The position numbers were made by a program, and so were the translations under genes. Of a DNA stretch of 64,000 bases, positions 1 through 8,591 are shown in pieces. Under the pieces are notes generated by a model, which was not told the DNA's origin, made no database searches, and saw only the letters and a program-made list of their open reading frames with translations. Each line of letters opens with the position of its first letter. The first letter of the stretch is position 1. Source of the DNA: Actinomycetota bacterium (GTDB lineage Bacteria > Actinomycetota > Thermoleophilia > UBA2241); the NCBI GenBank assembly GCA_012514235.1, contig JAAZAR010000140.1:9414-73413 (forward strand), given 5' to 3'.

Positions 1-57
1 GTCGAGAGGGATGTCGGGGCGGTAGCGGATGCCTCTGAACGGCGAGATGTGGGCCAT
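1..57 (-). CDS. N-terminal fragment of a DUF1015-like protein (gene runs off the left edge)
   Basis: The reverse complement of 1-57 reads ATG GCC CAC ATC TCG CCG TTC AGA GGC ATC CGC TAC... = MAHISPFRGIRYRPDIPLD, with GAGGAGG just upstream. This N-terminus resembles DUF1015 proteins from memory. Only 19 codons are visible. Confidence 0.4.
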   Translation of the reverse strand, partial: MAHISPFRGIRYRPDIPLD

Positions 58-195
58 GGTCCTCCTCGGGCGGCTGCGCGACGCGCGGGCCGGACCATTC
101 TATCGGGTGAGGGCGCCGGATGCGGAGTCGGCCGCCGGCGACGGGGTGGACAGCAGCGAAGGGCGGCCGGACGAGTCCGGGCTCGCGGCGGTCGC

Positions 196-1722
196 CTACC
201 GCCGGATGATGACCGGCATGCCGATCACCACGCGCTCGTAGACGTCTTCGACCTCCCAGATGTGCATCCGGATGCACCCGTGAGACGCGTAGGTGCCGAT
301 GGAGGCGTCGTCAGGCGTGCCGTGGATGCCGACGCCCGGCGCGCTGGTCCCGATCCAGCGCGTACCGAGCGGGTTGGCGATGCCCGGAGGGATGGGTTTG
401 GAGTCCTTGGCCCAATCTGAGTTGGGCGGATACCAGGTGGGGTTCATGATCTTGGAGGTGACGACGTATGAGCCGGTCGGGGTGGGGTACGCGGACGACC
501 CGGCCGCGACGGAGTAGCTCTTGACGAGCTTGCCGTCGCGGTACAGGTACAGCTTGAGATCGCTCAGGTCGACCACGATCTGACCGCTGAGCGCGTTGAG
601 CACGTTCCCTCCGACGATGCCGTCGACCTCGAGTCCGTACTTGGCCTGCAGCTTGCGGACGGCCTTCTCGGTGGCCGCGTCGTAGAACCCCGACTTCTTG
701 CCCGAATAGACGCCGGCGTTGATGAGCTTGGACTGGAGCGTCCGCACGTCCTTTCCCTTGGCGCCGGGCCACAGGGTGGCGGAGCCGAAGTGCTCCGTGC
801 TGTCGACGGTGAACGTCTGCTTGCTCTTGACCACGTTGCCGCCCTTGTCCTCGACGGACACGACCAGGACGTGCTTGCCCTCCGCGAGACCCTTGGCCGA
901 GTACTTGGCCTTCGACGCCGGGCCGCTGAGCTCGCGCTCCTCGCCGTCCAGCACCAGCTTGACGGCGGGGACCCCGAGCTGGTCCGTGGCCTTGACGCGG
1001 ACGGTGAGACGCGCCTTGTCGAGGGTCTTGTCGAGCTCGGTGACGTCGAGCTCAGGCGGCTGCGCATCGACGTACACGCTGAGCCGCTTGGCGCGGGTGT
1101 TGCCGGCGCGGTCGGCGGTGGTGACCACGACCTCGGATTCGCCGTCCGGGAGGTCGATGCTGATCGCGTACTTGCCGGAGGCGTCCGCCTGCCCGGCGGC
1201 CTTGACGTCGCCGGCGACGACGGTGACGGTGGCGAAGGGCTCCGTCTTCCCGGTGAAGGTGGCCGGATCGGTGTTGATGCGGCCCTCCATGATGTCGTCC
1301 TCCAGCTCCAGCTCGGGGATGCTGGTGTCGACGGTGAAGCGCCAGTCCTTGCGCACGTCCCGGCGGAAGACGTTGGAGCTGCGGGCGCTGAAGGTGACCG
1401 CGTGCTCGCCGTCGGAGAGTTCGTCCGCGGCGAGCGTGAGCTTGTCGCCGTCCCGCGTCGTCTCGGAGGTGACGTCCTTGCCGTCGAGCATGACGGCGAC
1501 GTCTTCGAGCCTGGAAAGTCCCCTGACGTCGAGGATGAGCGTCGGCGACGCGTCCTTCACGTAGGTGTCGGGTCCCGGAGTGACCGCCGACACGCGAGGC
1601 ACTGCGTACAGCTGCCAGCCGACCAGGGCCGCGAATACACAAACCGCCGCTATGACGATGTACGGCCAGCGGCGGCGGCGACGGTGTTCGGCTCTATAGA
1701 GTTGGTAGGGTGCCTCGGGCAC
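196..1722 (-). CDS. L,D-transpeptidase (YkuD family) with peptidoglycan-binding domain and Ig-like repeats, membrane-anchored
   Basis: 508-aa ORF with an N-terminal TM helix (WPYIVIAAVCVFAALVGW). PG_binding_1-like segment LQSKLINAGVYSGKKSGFYDAATEKAVRKLQAKYGLEVDGIVG. C-terminal YkuD motif HGT...SHGCIRM. GTG start with GGAAGGG upstream; TAG stop. Confidence 0.9.
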   Translation of the reverse strand: MPEAPYQLYRAEHRRRRRWPYIVIAAVCVFAALVGWQLYAVPRVSAVTPGPDTYVKDASPTLILDVRGLSRLEDVAVMLDGKDVTSETTRDGDKLTLAADELSDGEHAVTFSARSSNVFRRDVRKDWRFTVDTSIPELELEDDIMEGRINTDPATFTGKTEPFATVTVVAGDVKAAGQADASGKYAISIDLPDGESEVVVTTADRAGNTRAKRLSVYVDAQPPELDVTELDKTLDKARLTVRVKATDQLGVPAVKLVLDGEERELSGPASKAKYSAKGLAEGKHVLVVSVEDKGGNVVKSKQTFTVDSTEHFGSATLWPGAKGKDVRTLQSKLINAGVYSGKKSGFYDAATEKAVRKLQAKYGLEVDGIVGGNVLNALSGQIVVDLSDLKLYLYRDGKLVKSYSVAAGSSAYPTPTGSYVVTSKIMNPTWYPPNSDWAKDSKPIPPGIANPLGTRWIGTSAPGVGIHGTPDDASIGTYASHGCIRMHIWEVEDVYERVVIGMPVIIRR

Positions 1723-1907
1723 GCGACCCTTCCTGGAGGATTCTGCTCCGCATTATACCGGAGCTGTCTGTACTCTTCTCGTTTCGTGTGAACGTTTCCA
1801 TGGGACGTCCGTCCAGTCCTGCGCCCGCGTGCGCGGTTCGTCCCGGTTCCCGTCGCTCTGAGCGCTCGAGAGGTGTTCCGGGCCGTGCGCTCAAGGCTCG
1901 TCGACTA

Positions 1908-1913
1908 TAGACT
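1908..1913 (+). promoter_or_regulatory. -10 element TAGACT placed 6 nt before the larB ATG (leaderless-type promoter)
   Basis: The sequence is ...gactaTAGACTcgtggcATG. There is no Shine-Dalgarno, and the -10-to-start spacing matches a transcript that begins at the start codon. Confidence 0.4.
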
Positions 1914-1919
1914 CGTGGC

Positions 1920-2690
1920 ATGGACAGTTCCCTCGACGAGCTTCTGGCAGACGTCGCCGCCGGCCGGCTCAGCGCCGCCGAGGGGGCGGAGCGGCTGCGC
2001 CGCCTCGGGTACGTCTCCGTCGGCGACTTCGCCCGCCTCGACGTCTCTCGCGCGGCGCGCAAGGGCGTGCCCGAGGTGGTGTTCGCAGAGGGCAAGTCGG
2101 TCGCGCAGGTGGTCGCCATCACGCGCCGCTTCCTCGAGCATGCCGCCGCCGTCCTCTGCACGCGCGTCACGCAGGAGCAGGCGGCCGCCCTTGACGAGGC
2201 CCTCGAGGGCGGGGTGTCGCACGATCCACGCAGCCGCGTCGTGGTGGCTCGGCGGCCGGGCGCGCCGCCGCCGCAGGTGCGCGGCGCGGTCGGGGTCCTG
2301 GCCGCCGGCACCAGCGACGTGGCCGTCGCCGGCGAGGCCGTGGCCATGATCGACGCCATGGGCGTCGAGGCGCTCACCGCCTACGACGTCGGCGTCGCCG
2401 GTCTGCACCGGCTCTCGGCGCCGCTCGAGGAGATGCGCTCCGCCGGCGTCGGCGCCCTCGTGGTCGCCGCAGGCATGGAGGGCGCCCTCCCGTCGGTCGT
2501 CGCCGGCCTCGTCGAGGTCCCGGTCATCGGCCTTCCCACCTCGACGGGGTACGGGTACGGCGGGCGTGGCGAGGCTGCCCTCATGGGGATGCTCCAGAGC
2601 TGCAGCCCGGGGCTCGCCGTCGTGAACATCGACAACGGCGTCGGCGCGGGCGCGACCGCCGCGCTCATCGCTCGCGGGAGCGCGCGATGA
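1920..2690 (+). CDS. larB: LarB-type pyridinium-3,5-biscarboxylic acid mononucleotide synthase (PurE-like AIR carboxylase family)
   Basis: 256 aa. The N-terminal helical extension (LLADVAAGRLSAAEGAERLRRLGY) followed by a PurE-like fold (GVLAAGTSDVAVAGEA..., GMEGALPSVVAGL...PVIGLPTS.GYG) is the typical LarB architecture. Confidence 0.8.
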   Translation: MDSSLDELLADVAAGRLSAAEGAERLRRLGYVSVGDFARLDVSRAARKGVPEVVFAEGKSVAQVVAITRRFLEHAAAVLCTRVTQEQAAALDEALEGGVSHDPRSRVVVARRPGAPPPQVRGAVGVLAAGTSDVAVAGEAVAMIDAMGVEALTAYDVGVAGLHRLSAPLEEMRSAGVGALVVAAGMEGALPSVVAGLVEVPVIGLPTSTGYGYGGRGEAALMGMLQSCSPGLAVVNIDNGVGAGATAALIARGSAR

Positions 2691-3130
2691 CCAGCATCCC
2701 CTTCGTCCTGCGCGAGCACCGCGAGCAGCTTTGGCGCCGCTGGGCCGAGTCGCTGGGCGACGACGTCCCAGCCGACTACCGGGAGCTCATGAGCAGCCCG
2801 CTCGGCGAGCGGTTCGTGCGCGCCTTCGTCGAGGACCTGATCGGGTGGAGCGAGGCCGAGGAGTACGAGGCGCCGGCCCAGTTGCGGCAGGCCTGCGACC
2901 GCGTCGCTGCGGACGCCGGCAACCGCATGGCGCTCGGCTTCTCCGCCGTCGAGCTGACAGCCGCGCTGCAGACGCTGCGCGGCGCTGTCGTCGACGTCCT
3001 CCTCGATGCGCTGGTGCTGGGCGAGCTGCCCTCGTTCGCGGAGACGCTCGAGCAGGTCAAGGCGGTCGATCGGTTCATCGACCGTCTGGTCGCGGCGGTG
3101 CTCACGGCCACACCTGCGGAGACCCGCTGA
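2687..3130 (+). CDS. Helical sensor-like protein (RsbR N-terminal-domain-like), hypothetical
   Basis: 147-aa ORF whose ATG overlaps the larB stop (ATGA at 2687-2690), indicating translational coupling. All-helical composition. The resemblance to RsbR-type N-terminal domains is from memory and weak. No STAS domain follows. Confidence 0.55.
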   Translation: MTSIPFVLREHREQLWRRWAESLGDDVPADYRELMSSPLGERFVRAFVEDLIGWSEAEEYEAPAQLRQACDRVAADAGNRMALGFSAVELTAALQTLRGAVVDVLLDALVLGELPSFAETLEQVKAVDRFIDRLVAAVLTATPAETR

Positions 3131-3237
3131 CGGATGCCGCGGACGGCCAGGCTCCGCTGCGATCGGGACCCGGCCGGGCGGGTCCGGGTCATGCAGCAGG
3201 GGTTGCGGTGCCTCCTGCCCGCGACTAGGCTTCGCCC

Positions 3238-4308
3238 ATGCTGAGGCTGGCGCTCATCTTCGGCGGCCGCTCGGCCGAGCACGAGATCTCGCTGGCCTCC
3301 GCCCGCTTCGTCTTCTCGATGCTCGACCCGGACGCGTACGAGGTCGTACCGGTGGGCATCACGCCCGCCGGCAGGTGGGTGGTGCCGGAGGACTTCGACG
3401 CCGCCACGACGATCGGGCTCGATGCCGTGTCCACGCGGCCCGTGCGCCTGGTCTCCGACCCGGGCCGCCCCGGCCTCGCGTTCGCCGACGGGGAGTTCCT
3501 CCCGCTCGACTTCGCCTTCCCGATCATGCACGGCACGTTCGCCGAGGACGGCACCATCCAGGGACTCCTCGAGATGGCAGGACTCGCGTATGCCGGGTCA
3601 GGTGTCCTAGGGAGCTCGGTCGGCATGGACAAGGAGCTCATGAAGGCGGTGTTCGCGAACGCCGGACTGCCGCAGATGGACTATCTCGTGTTGCGCGACG
3701 ACGCGGCTACCGGCCCGGACGCGATCGCTGCCGTGGAGGAGCGCCTGCAGTACCCGGTCTTCGTGAAGCCGGCCAACCTCGGATCGAGCGTCGGCATGAC
3801 CAAGGCGCACGACAGGGGCGAACTGGGCCCGGCACTGGAGCTCGCCGCCACCCACGACCGCAAGACGGTCGTCGAGGCGGCGTGCGTCGGCCGCGAGCTC
3901 GAGTGCAGCCTTCTCGGCAACGCCGACTGCCGGGCGTCGGTGGTCGGCGAGGTCATCCCGGCCAACGAGTTCTACGACTACGAATCCAAGTACACCGAGG
4001 GCATGATGTCGTTCGCCATACCGGCGAAGGTGGACGACCGGCACACGGAGCGAGTCCGGGAGCTCGCGGTGCGGGCGTTCCACGCCGTCGACGCGAGCGG
4101 CTTCGCCCGCTGCGACTTCTTCCTCGAGACGGCCACGGACCGGGTGATCCTCAACGAGATCAACACCATCCCCGGCATGACGGCGATGAGCGGCTTCCCG
4201 CGGCTCTGGGCGGCATCAGGCATCGACGGTCACGCGCTGGTGGACGAGATCGTCCGGCTGGGGCTCGAGCGTCACGAGCGCCTCGCCCGGCTCAAGCTGG
4301 CGCGCTGA
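3238..4308 (+). CDS. ddl: D-alanine--D-alanine ligase
   Basis: 356 aa. Canonical Ddl N-terminus (LALIFGGRSAEHEISL.SA), FP.MHG..GEDG..QGLLE, and an ATP-grasp C-terminal region (EINT.PG.T..S..P). Confidence 0.93.
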   Translation: MLRLALIFGGRSAEHEISLASARFVFSMLDPDAYEVVPVGITPAGRWVVPEDFDAATTIGLDAVSTRPVRLVSDPGRPGLAFADGEFLPLDFAFPIMHGTFAEDGTIQGLLEMAGLAYAGSGVLGSSVGMDKELMKAVFANAGLPQMDYLVLRDDAATGPDAIAAVEERLQYPVFVKPANLGSSVGMTKAHDRGELGPALELAATHDRKTVVEAACVGRELECSLLGNADCRASVVGEVIPANEFYDYESKYTEGMMSFAIPAKVDDRHTERVRELAVRAFHAVDASGFARCDFFLETATDRVILNEINTIPGMTAMSGFPRLWAASGIDGHALVDEIVRLGLERHERLARLKLAR

Positions 4309-4314
4309 GCGCTC

Positions 4315-4725
4315 CTATTCGCCGGCGGCGACGCCGGTGCGCGTCGGGTTGGTGACGCGGTCCACCCAGTCCTTGAGCTGAGGGATCTTGCCCAGGTAGT
4401 GGAACGCGTACGTGTCCGCGGTCGCCTGGGCCGTCACGGTGAACGTGACCGTGCCGTTCTGGGCGCGCTTGGCCGTGAAGTCCACCATCTCGAGACCAGC
4501 CTTGGCCAGGTACTGCCGGGCGGCGATCTCGGCGGAGGAGACGTTGAGGCTCTGTGCGTACTCGGTCCTGGCCTCCCGGGCCGCGGTCGAGGCATCGTCG
4601 GCCGACTGGTAGGCGCTGAAGATCGCCATGGCATCGAGCACGACGACGCCGATGACGGCGAGCACGACGACGATCCAGACGACCTCGCGGATGAAGCCGT
4701 CCTGGTTGCCCAGTCGTGAGCGCAT
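4315..4725 (-). CDS. Hypothetical single-pass membrane protein
   Basis: 136 aa from ATG 4725 with GGAGGGA 8 nt upstream. TM helix VVWIVVVLAVIGVVVLDAMAIF followed by a soluble domain. TAG stop. No family recognised. Confidence 0.65.
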   Translation of the reverse strand: MRSRLGNQDGFIREVVWIVVVLAVIGVVVLDAMAIFSAYQSADDASTAAREARTEYAQSLNVSSAEIAARQYLAKAGLEMVDFTAKRAQNGTVTFTVTAQATADTYAFHYLGKIPQLKDWVDRVTNPTRTGVAAGE

Positions 4726-4791
4726 CGTCACTGTCCCTCCTTGATCCTGCCAGGCCGTCACCTCCCTGTATCGGCGGGAGGCGGGAACAGT

Positions 4792-5604
4792 TTACTCCGT
4801 CTCGGCGGTGAGCCGGATGCAGAGGACGGCGAGATCGTCCGCGGGCGGGCGCGACGAGAAGCGCTCGCCGGCGCTCACGAGGCGCGCGACCACGTCGGCC
4901 GCGCGCGCTCCGTGCGTCCCGGCGAGCACCTCGTCGATGCACGACTCGAAGAACGTGCCGGCGTCGTCGCGCAGCTCCGCGATGCCGTCGGTGAAGAGCA
5001 CGATGAGGTCGTCCCGGTAGAGCCGCACGACCTCGGTGGGGTACGGCTCCAGGGCCGCGTCCAGTTCCACGCCGATCGGCGGCTCGGTCATCAGGAGCGG
5101 GCGCTCGACGCTACCGGAGCGGACGATGAACGGCGTCGGATGGCCCGCCGAGGCCAGCCTCAGCAGGCCGGTGCGCGGCGTGAGTTGCCCGAACAGCACG
5201 GTCACGAACCTGTCAGTCTCGCGGGCGAAGTCCGGTTGTTCGAGCAGGCCGTTGCGCAGTTCCTGCAGCGCCTCGCCGGGACGGGTCGGCCAGGAGAGCT
5301 GGCCACCGAAGACGGCTCCGCGCAGCATGAACTTGGTGACGAAGGTGGTGGCCATGGCGTCGACGCCCTTGCCGGCCACGTCGCCGATGACGAAGGCCAG
5401 GCTGCCCGACGGCGGCCGCGTGTAGTAGTCGACGAAGTCGCCGCCGCTGAGCACGCCTCGGCTCGCCGAGCGGTAGGTGAAGGCGAGGTCCAGGTCGGGC
5501 AGGTCGGGCGGATCGTCCGGCAGCAGGCGTCGCTGAAGCCTCTCGGCCACGTCGGCCAGCAGGTCGACGGGGTCCTCGCCGGGGCGGTCGACGGGGGTGG
5601 TCAC
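4792..5604 (-). CDS. PP2C/SpoIIE-family serine/threonine phosphatase
   Basis: GTG 5604 overlaps the stop of the upstream gene (GTGA). 270 aa with PPM/SpoIIE motifs (SGGDFVDY, IGDVAGKGVDAMA, LFTDGI, DDLAVLCI). The 489-aa track ORF is an overextension in the same frame. Confidence 0.85.
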   Translation of the reverse strand: MTTPVDRPGEDPVDLLADVAERLQRRLLPDDPPDLPDLDLAFTYRSASRGVLSGGDFVDYYTRPPSGSLAFVIGDVAGKGVDAMATTFVTKFMLRGAVFGGQLSWPTRPGEALQELRNGLLEQPDFARETDRFVTVLFGQLTPRTGLLRLASAGHPTPFIVRSGSVERPLLMTEPPIGVELDAALEPYPTEVVRLYRDDLIVLFTDGIAELRDDAGTFFESCIDEVLAGTHGARAADVVARLVSAGERFSSRPPADDLAVLCIRLTAETE

Positions 5605-6143
5605 CGGCTCCGTACCGTCGTCGACCAGAGCAGGAGCGCCTGCACGCCGAGCGCGGCGATGGCGACGATGAGGACGAGGTCGAAGGACACGCCCACCACG
5701 CCGACGAGAAAGGTGAAGGCGAGCGCCCACAGGACGGCTCCCGGCAGCACGCGCCAGAGGAACCGCCGCCGGAAGCTGAGGAGCAGCAGCCGGCGGCGCA
5801 TCCCGTGCCCGCGGGCGTTGTCGTCGAGGTAGCTGGAGCCGCGGGCGTGCAGGGTGCCCGTGAGGTCGCTGCCGTCCGAGCCGTACATGCGGCACTGCAG
5901 CGGCAGACCCGTGCGCCGGCGCAGCACGGCGTCCTGGGCGCGGGCGAAGTACTCGACGAGGGAGAGGAAGCGGTCGTCGCCGGACAGTCTGGCGCTGGCG
6001 AGGCGGACGTCGAGGTACAGCCGGTCCTCCGCCGGGTCGTACTTGATTTCGCTGCGCCAGCCGCGGCGGCTGAAGAAGTTGCCCAGGAACCGGTCGAGGT
6101 CTCCCGGGATGTTCTCGACGTCCGGTCGTTCCATCACGCCCAT
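5601..6143 (-). CDS. Hypothetical protein with C-terminal membrane helices, translationally coupled to the PP2C phosphatase
   Basis: 180 aa. Soluble N-terminal domain followed by two hydrophobic helices (VLPGAVLWALAFTFLVGVVGV / LVLIVAIAALGVQALLLW). Its stop overlaps the phosphatase start. Confidence 0.6.
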   Translation of the reverse strand: MGVMERPDVENIPGDLDRFLGNFFSRRGWRSEIKYDPAEDRLYLDVRLASARLSGDDRFLSLVEYFARAQDAVLRRRTGLPLQCRMYGSDGSDLTGTLHARGSSYLDDNARGHGMRRRLLLLSFRRRFLWRVLPGAVLWALAFTFLVGVVGVSFDLVLIVAIAALGVQALLLWSTTVRSR

Positions 6144-6149
6144 GTGCCG

Positions 6150-6155
6150 ATTCTA
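6150..6155 (-). promoter_or_regulatory. -10 element TAGAAT placed 6 nt before the ATG at 6143 (leaderless-type promoter)
   Basis: The minus strand reads ...gggtgggTAGAATcggcacATG. No Shine-Dalgarno is present. Confidence 0.4.
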
Positions 6156-6281
6156 CCCACCCCCCACCATCCATCGGCAGCCGGGACGGAGGAGTCGATC
6201 CCGGCCGCCGAGCTATGCGATAGAATTCCCGACTTGATGGGGCGGCTCCCGCCGCCGCCAACGACGTACAGGGAGTTCCCC

Positions 6282-7547
6282 GTGAAGATCGCAGTCATCG
6301 GCCTGGGCTACGTCGGCCTGCCGCTGGCGATGGTGTTCGCCGAGGCCGGCATCGAGGTGGTCGGCATCGAGGCCGTGGCCGAGCGATGCGACGAGGTCAA
6401 CGCCGGCCGCAGCTACATCCAGGACGTACCCGGCGACGCGCTCAAGGCCATGGTCGACAAGGGACTCATCCATGCCACCACGGACTACGCGGAGACCGAG
6501 GACTGCGACGCGGACATCATCTGCCTGCCCACGCCGCTCAACGCCAACCGGGAGCCGGACCTGACGCTGGTCAAGCAGGCGACGGAACAGCTGGCCGGGC
6601 ACCTGCGGCGCGGCCAGCTGGTCACCCTCGAGAGCACCACCTATCCGGGCACGACGCGCGACGAGCTCGCGCCGATCCTCGAGGCCGGCTCGGGCCTCAC
6701 CGCCGGCGTCGACTTCCACCTCGCCTTCTCGCCGGAGCGCGTGGACCCCGGACGCACCGACTACACGACCAAGACCACGCCCAAGGTCGTCGGCGGCCTC
6801 ACCCAGGCATGTACCGAACGCGCCCTCCAGGTGTACGGTCCGGCGCTCGACCACGTCGTGCCGGTCAGCACGCCCGAGGTGGCGGAGATGACCAAGCTGC
6901 TGGAGAACATCTTCCGCAGCGTCAACATCGCCCTCATGAACGAGCTTGCGATGCTCTGCGACCGCATGAAGGTCGACGTGTGGGAGGTCATCGACGCGGC
7001 CGCCACCAAGCCGTTCGGCTTCATGAAGTTCCAGCCCGGACCGGGCCTCGGCGGCCACTGCATCCCCATCGACCCGTTCTACCTGAGCTGGAAGGCGCGC
7101 GAGTTCGACTTCTGGACCGAGTTCATCGAGCTCGCCGGCAAGGTCAACGAGAACATGCCGTACTTCTGCGTCGAGAAGCTCCATCGCGCGCTCAACACCC
7201 GCGGCAAGAGCCTGAACGGAGCGAAGATCCTGGTGCTGGGCGTGGCGTACAAGGCTGACATCGACGACCTGCGGGAGAGCCCCGCGCTCAAGGTGATCCG
7301 GCTGCTGCGCTCGCAGGGCGCCGCCGTGGACTACCACGACTCGTACTGCCCCGAGCTGCCCGAGTTCGGGCTCAGCTCGGTGCCGCTCGACGACCATCGC
7401 CCGCTGGCCGCGTACGACGCCGTGACCATCGTGACTGCTCACTCCGACGTCGACTATCGCGCCGTCGTCGACGAGGCCGACCTCGTGGTCGACTTCCGCA
7501 ACGCCACGGCCGGCATCCCGAGCGCCGGCAACGTCTGGAAACTGTAA
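6282..7547 (+). CDS. UDP-N-acetyl-D-glucosamine/mannosamine 6-dehydrogenase family (WbpA/WecC-like nucleotide-sugar dehydrogenase)
   Basis: Rossmann motif IAVIGLGYVGLPLA, catalytic Cys region GGHCIPIDP, and a UDPG_MGDP_dh C-terminal domain. GTG 6282 has GGGAG 6 nt upstream; ATG 6237 is an alternative. The track start at 5805 is an overextension. Confidence 0.88.
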   Translation: MKIAVIGLGYVGLPLAMVFAEAGIEVVGIEAVAERCDEVNAGRSYIQDVPGDALKAMVDKGLIHATTDYAETEDCDADIICLPTPLNANREPDLTLVKQATEQLAGHLRRGQLVTLESTTYPGTTRDELAPILEAGSGLTAGVDFHLAFSPERVDPGRTDYTTKTTPKVVGGLTQACTERALQVYGPALDHVVPVSTPEVAEMTKLLENIFRSVNIALMNELAMLCDRMKVDVWEVIDAAATKPFGFMKFQPGPGLGGHCIPIDPFYLSWKAREFDFWTEFIELAGKVNENMPYFCVEKLHRALNTRGKSLNGAKILVLGVAYKADIDDLRESPALKVIRLLRSQGAAVDYHDSYCPELPEFGLSSVPLDDHRPLAAYDAVTIVTAHSDVDYRAVVDEADLVVDFRNATAGIPSAGNVWKL

Positions 7548-7563
7548 GAGGGGAGACCCACTC

Positions 7564-8589
7564 GTGACTGACAAGGTCCGCGTGGGCGTGGTCGGGCTCG
7601 GCTACTGGGGCCCCAACCTCGCCCGCAACTTCGACCGCCTCGAGGGCGCCGAGCTCGCCTACTGCTGCGACCTCGACGAGGGCAATCTGGCCAAGGCGCG
7701 CAGTCTGTATCCGCAGACCACCGTCACCGACGACTACGCCCATCTGCTCGCCGACGACGCGCTCGACGCGATCGTCGTCGCCACATCCGTGCCGACCCAC
7801 TACAAGCTCGGCAAGCTCGCCATCGAGGCCGGCAAGCACGCCTTCATCGAGAAGCCCATCGCCCTCAAGGCCGCGGACGCGCAGGACCTGCTCGACACGG
7901 CCGAGGAGTACGGCGTGAAGCTCATGGTCGGCCACCTGCTGGAGTACCACCCGGCCGTGGCCAAGATGAAGGAGCTCATCGACGCCGGCGAGCTCGGCCG
8001 GGTCTACTACGCCTACGCCAACCGCCTCAACCTGGGCAAGGTGCGCACCGACGAGAACGCGCTCTGGAGCCTCGGGCCCCACGACGTGTCGGTGCTCAAC
8101 TACCTCACCGGCGACGAGCCGGTGGAGGTCAGCGCCCGCGGCGAGTGCTACCTCCAGGACGACGTCGAGGACGTCGTCTTCGGCTACATCAGGTACGAGA
8201 ACGGCATGGTCGGCCACCTGCACGTGAGCTGGCTCGATCCTCACAAGAGCCGCAAGATCACCGTGGTCGGTGAGCGGAAGATGGTGGTCTTCGACGACAT
8301 GGAGTCGGACCGCAAGATCACCGTGTACGACAAGGGCGCCACCACCACGCGCACCAAGTTCGAGACCTACGGCGAGTTCGTCACCCTGCACTTCGGCGAC
8401 ATCCACATCCCCCGCATCGGGAACGAAGAGCCGCTGCGCATCGAGTGCCAGCACTTCGTGGACTGCATCAACGACGACGCGACCCCGCGCAGCGACGGTC
8501 GCGACGCGCTCAATGTGGTCAAGGTCCTCGATGCCATGGAGGTCAGCCTGCGCGAGGGCGGCCGCCCTGTGAAGACCGAGGAGCTGTGA
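7564..8589 (+). CDS. Gfo/Idh/MocA-family oxidoreductase (WbpB-like UDP-sugar 3-dehydrogenase by context)
   Basis: 341 aa with N-terminal Rossmann motif VRVGVVGLGYWGPNLARN and a GFO_IDH_MocA C-terminal domain. It sits between a nucleotide-sugar dehydrogenase and an acetyltransferase. Confidence 0.82.
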   Translation: MTDKVRVGVVGLGYWGPNLARNFDRLEGAELAYCCDLDEGNLAKARSLYPQTTVTDDYAHLLADDALDAIVVATSVPTHYKLGKLAIEAGKHAFIEKPIALKAADAQDLLDTAEEYGVKLMVGHLLEYHPAVAKMKELIDAGELGRVYYAYANRLNLGKVRTDENALWSLGPHDVSVLNYLTGDEPVEVSARGECYLQDDVEDVVFGYIRYENGMVGHLHVSWLDPHKSRKITVVGERKMVVFDDMESDRKITVYDKGATTTRTKFETYGEFVTLHFGDIHIPRIGNEEPLRIECQHFVDCINDDATPRSDGRDALNVVKVLDAMEVSLREGGRPVKTEEL

Positions 8590-8591
8590 CG

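Noticed and set aside
3238-4308. Whether the ATP-grasp gene could be pylC (Pyl biosynthesis ligase, Ddl-related) given the nearby mtbB.
   Set aside because: The sequence has the canonical Ddl N-terminus and motifs and typical Ddl length. It is 12 kb from mtbB with unrelated genes between. No radical-SAM (pylB) or pylD-like gene accompanies it.
5805-6281. A 159-codon N-terminal extension of the nucleotide-sugar dehydrogenase.
   Set aside because: It overlaps the opposite-strand gene at 5601..6143. Family homology begins at the Rossmann motif directly after GTG 6282, which has its own RBS.
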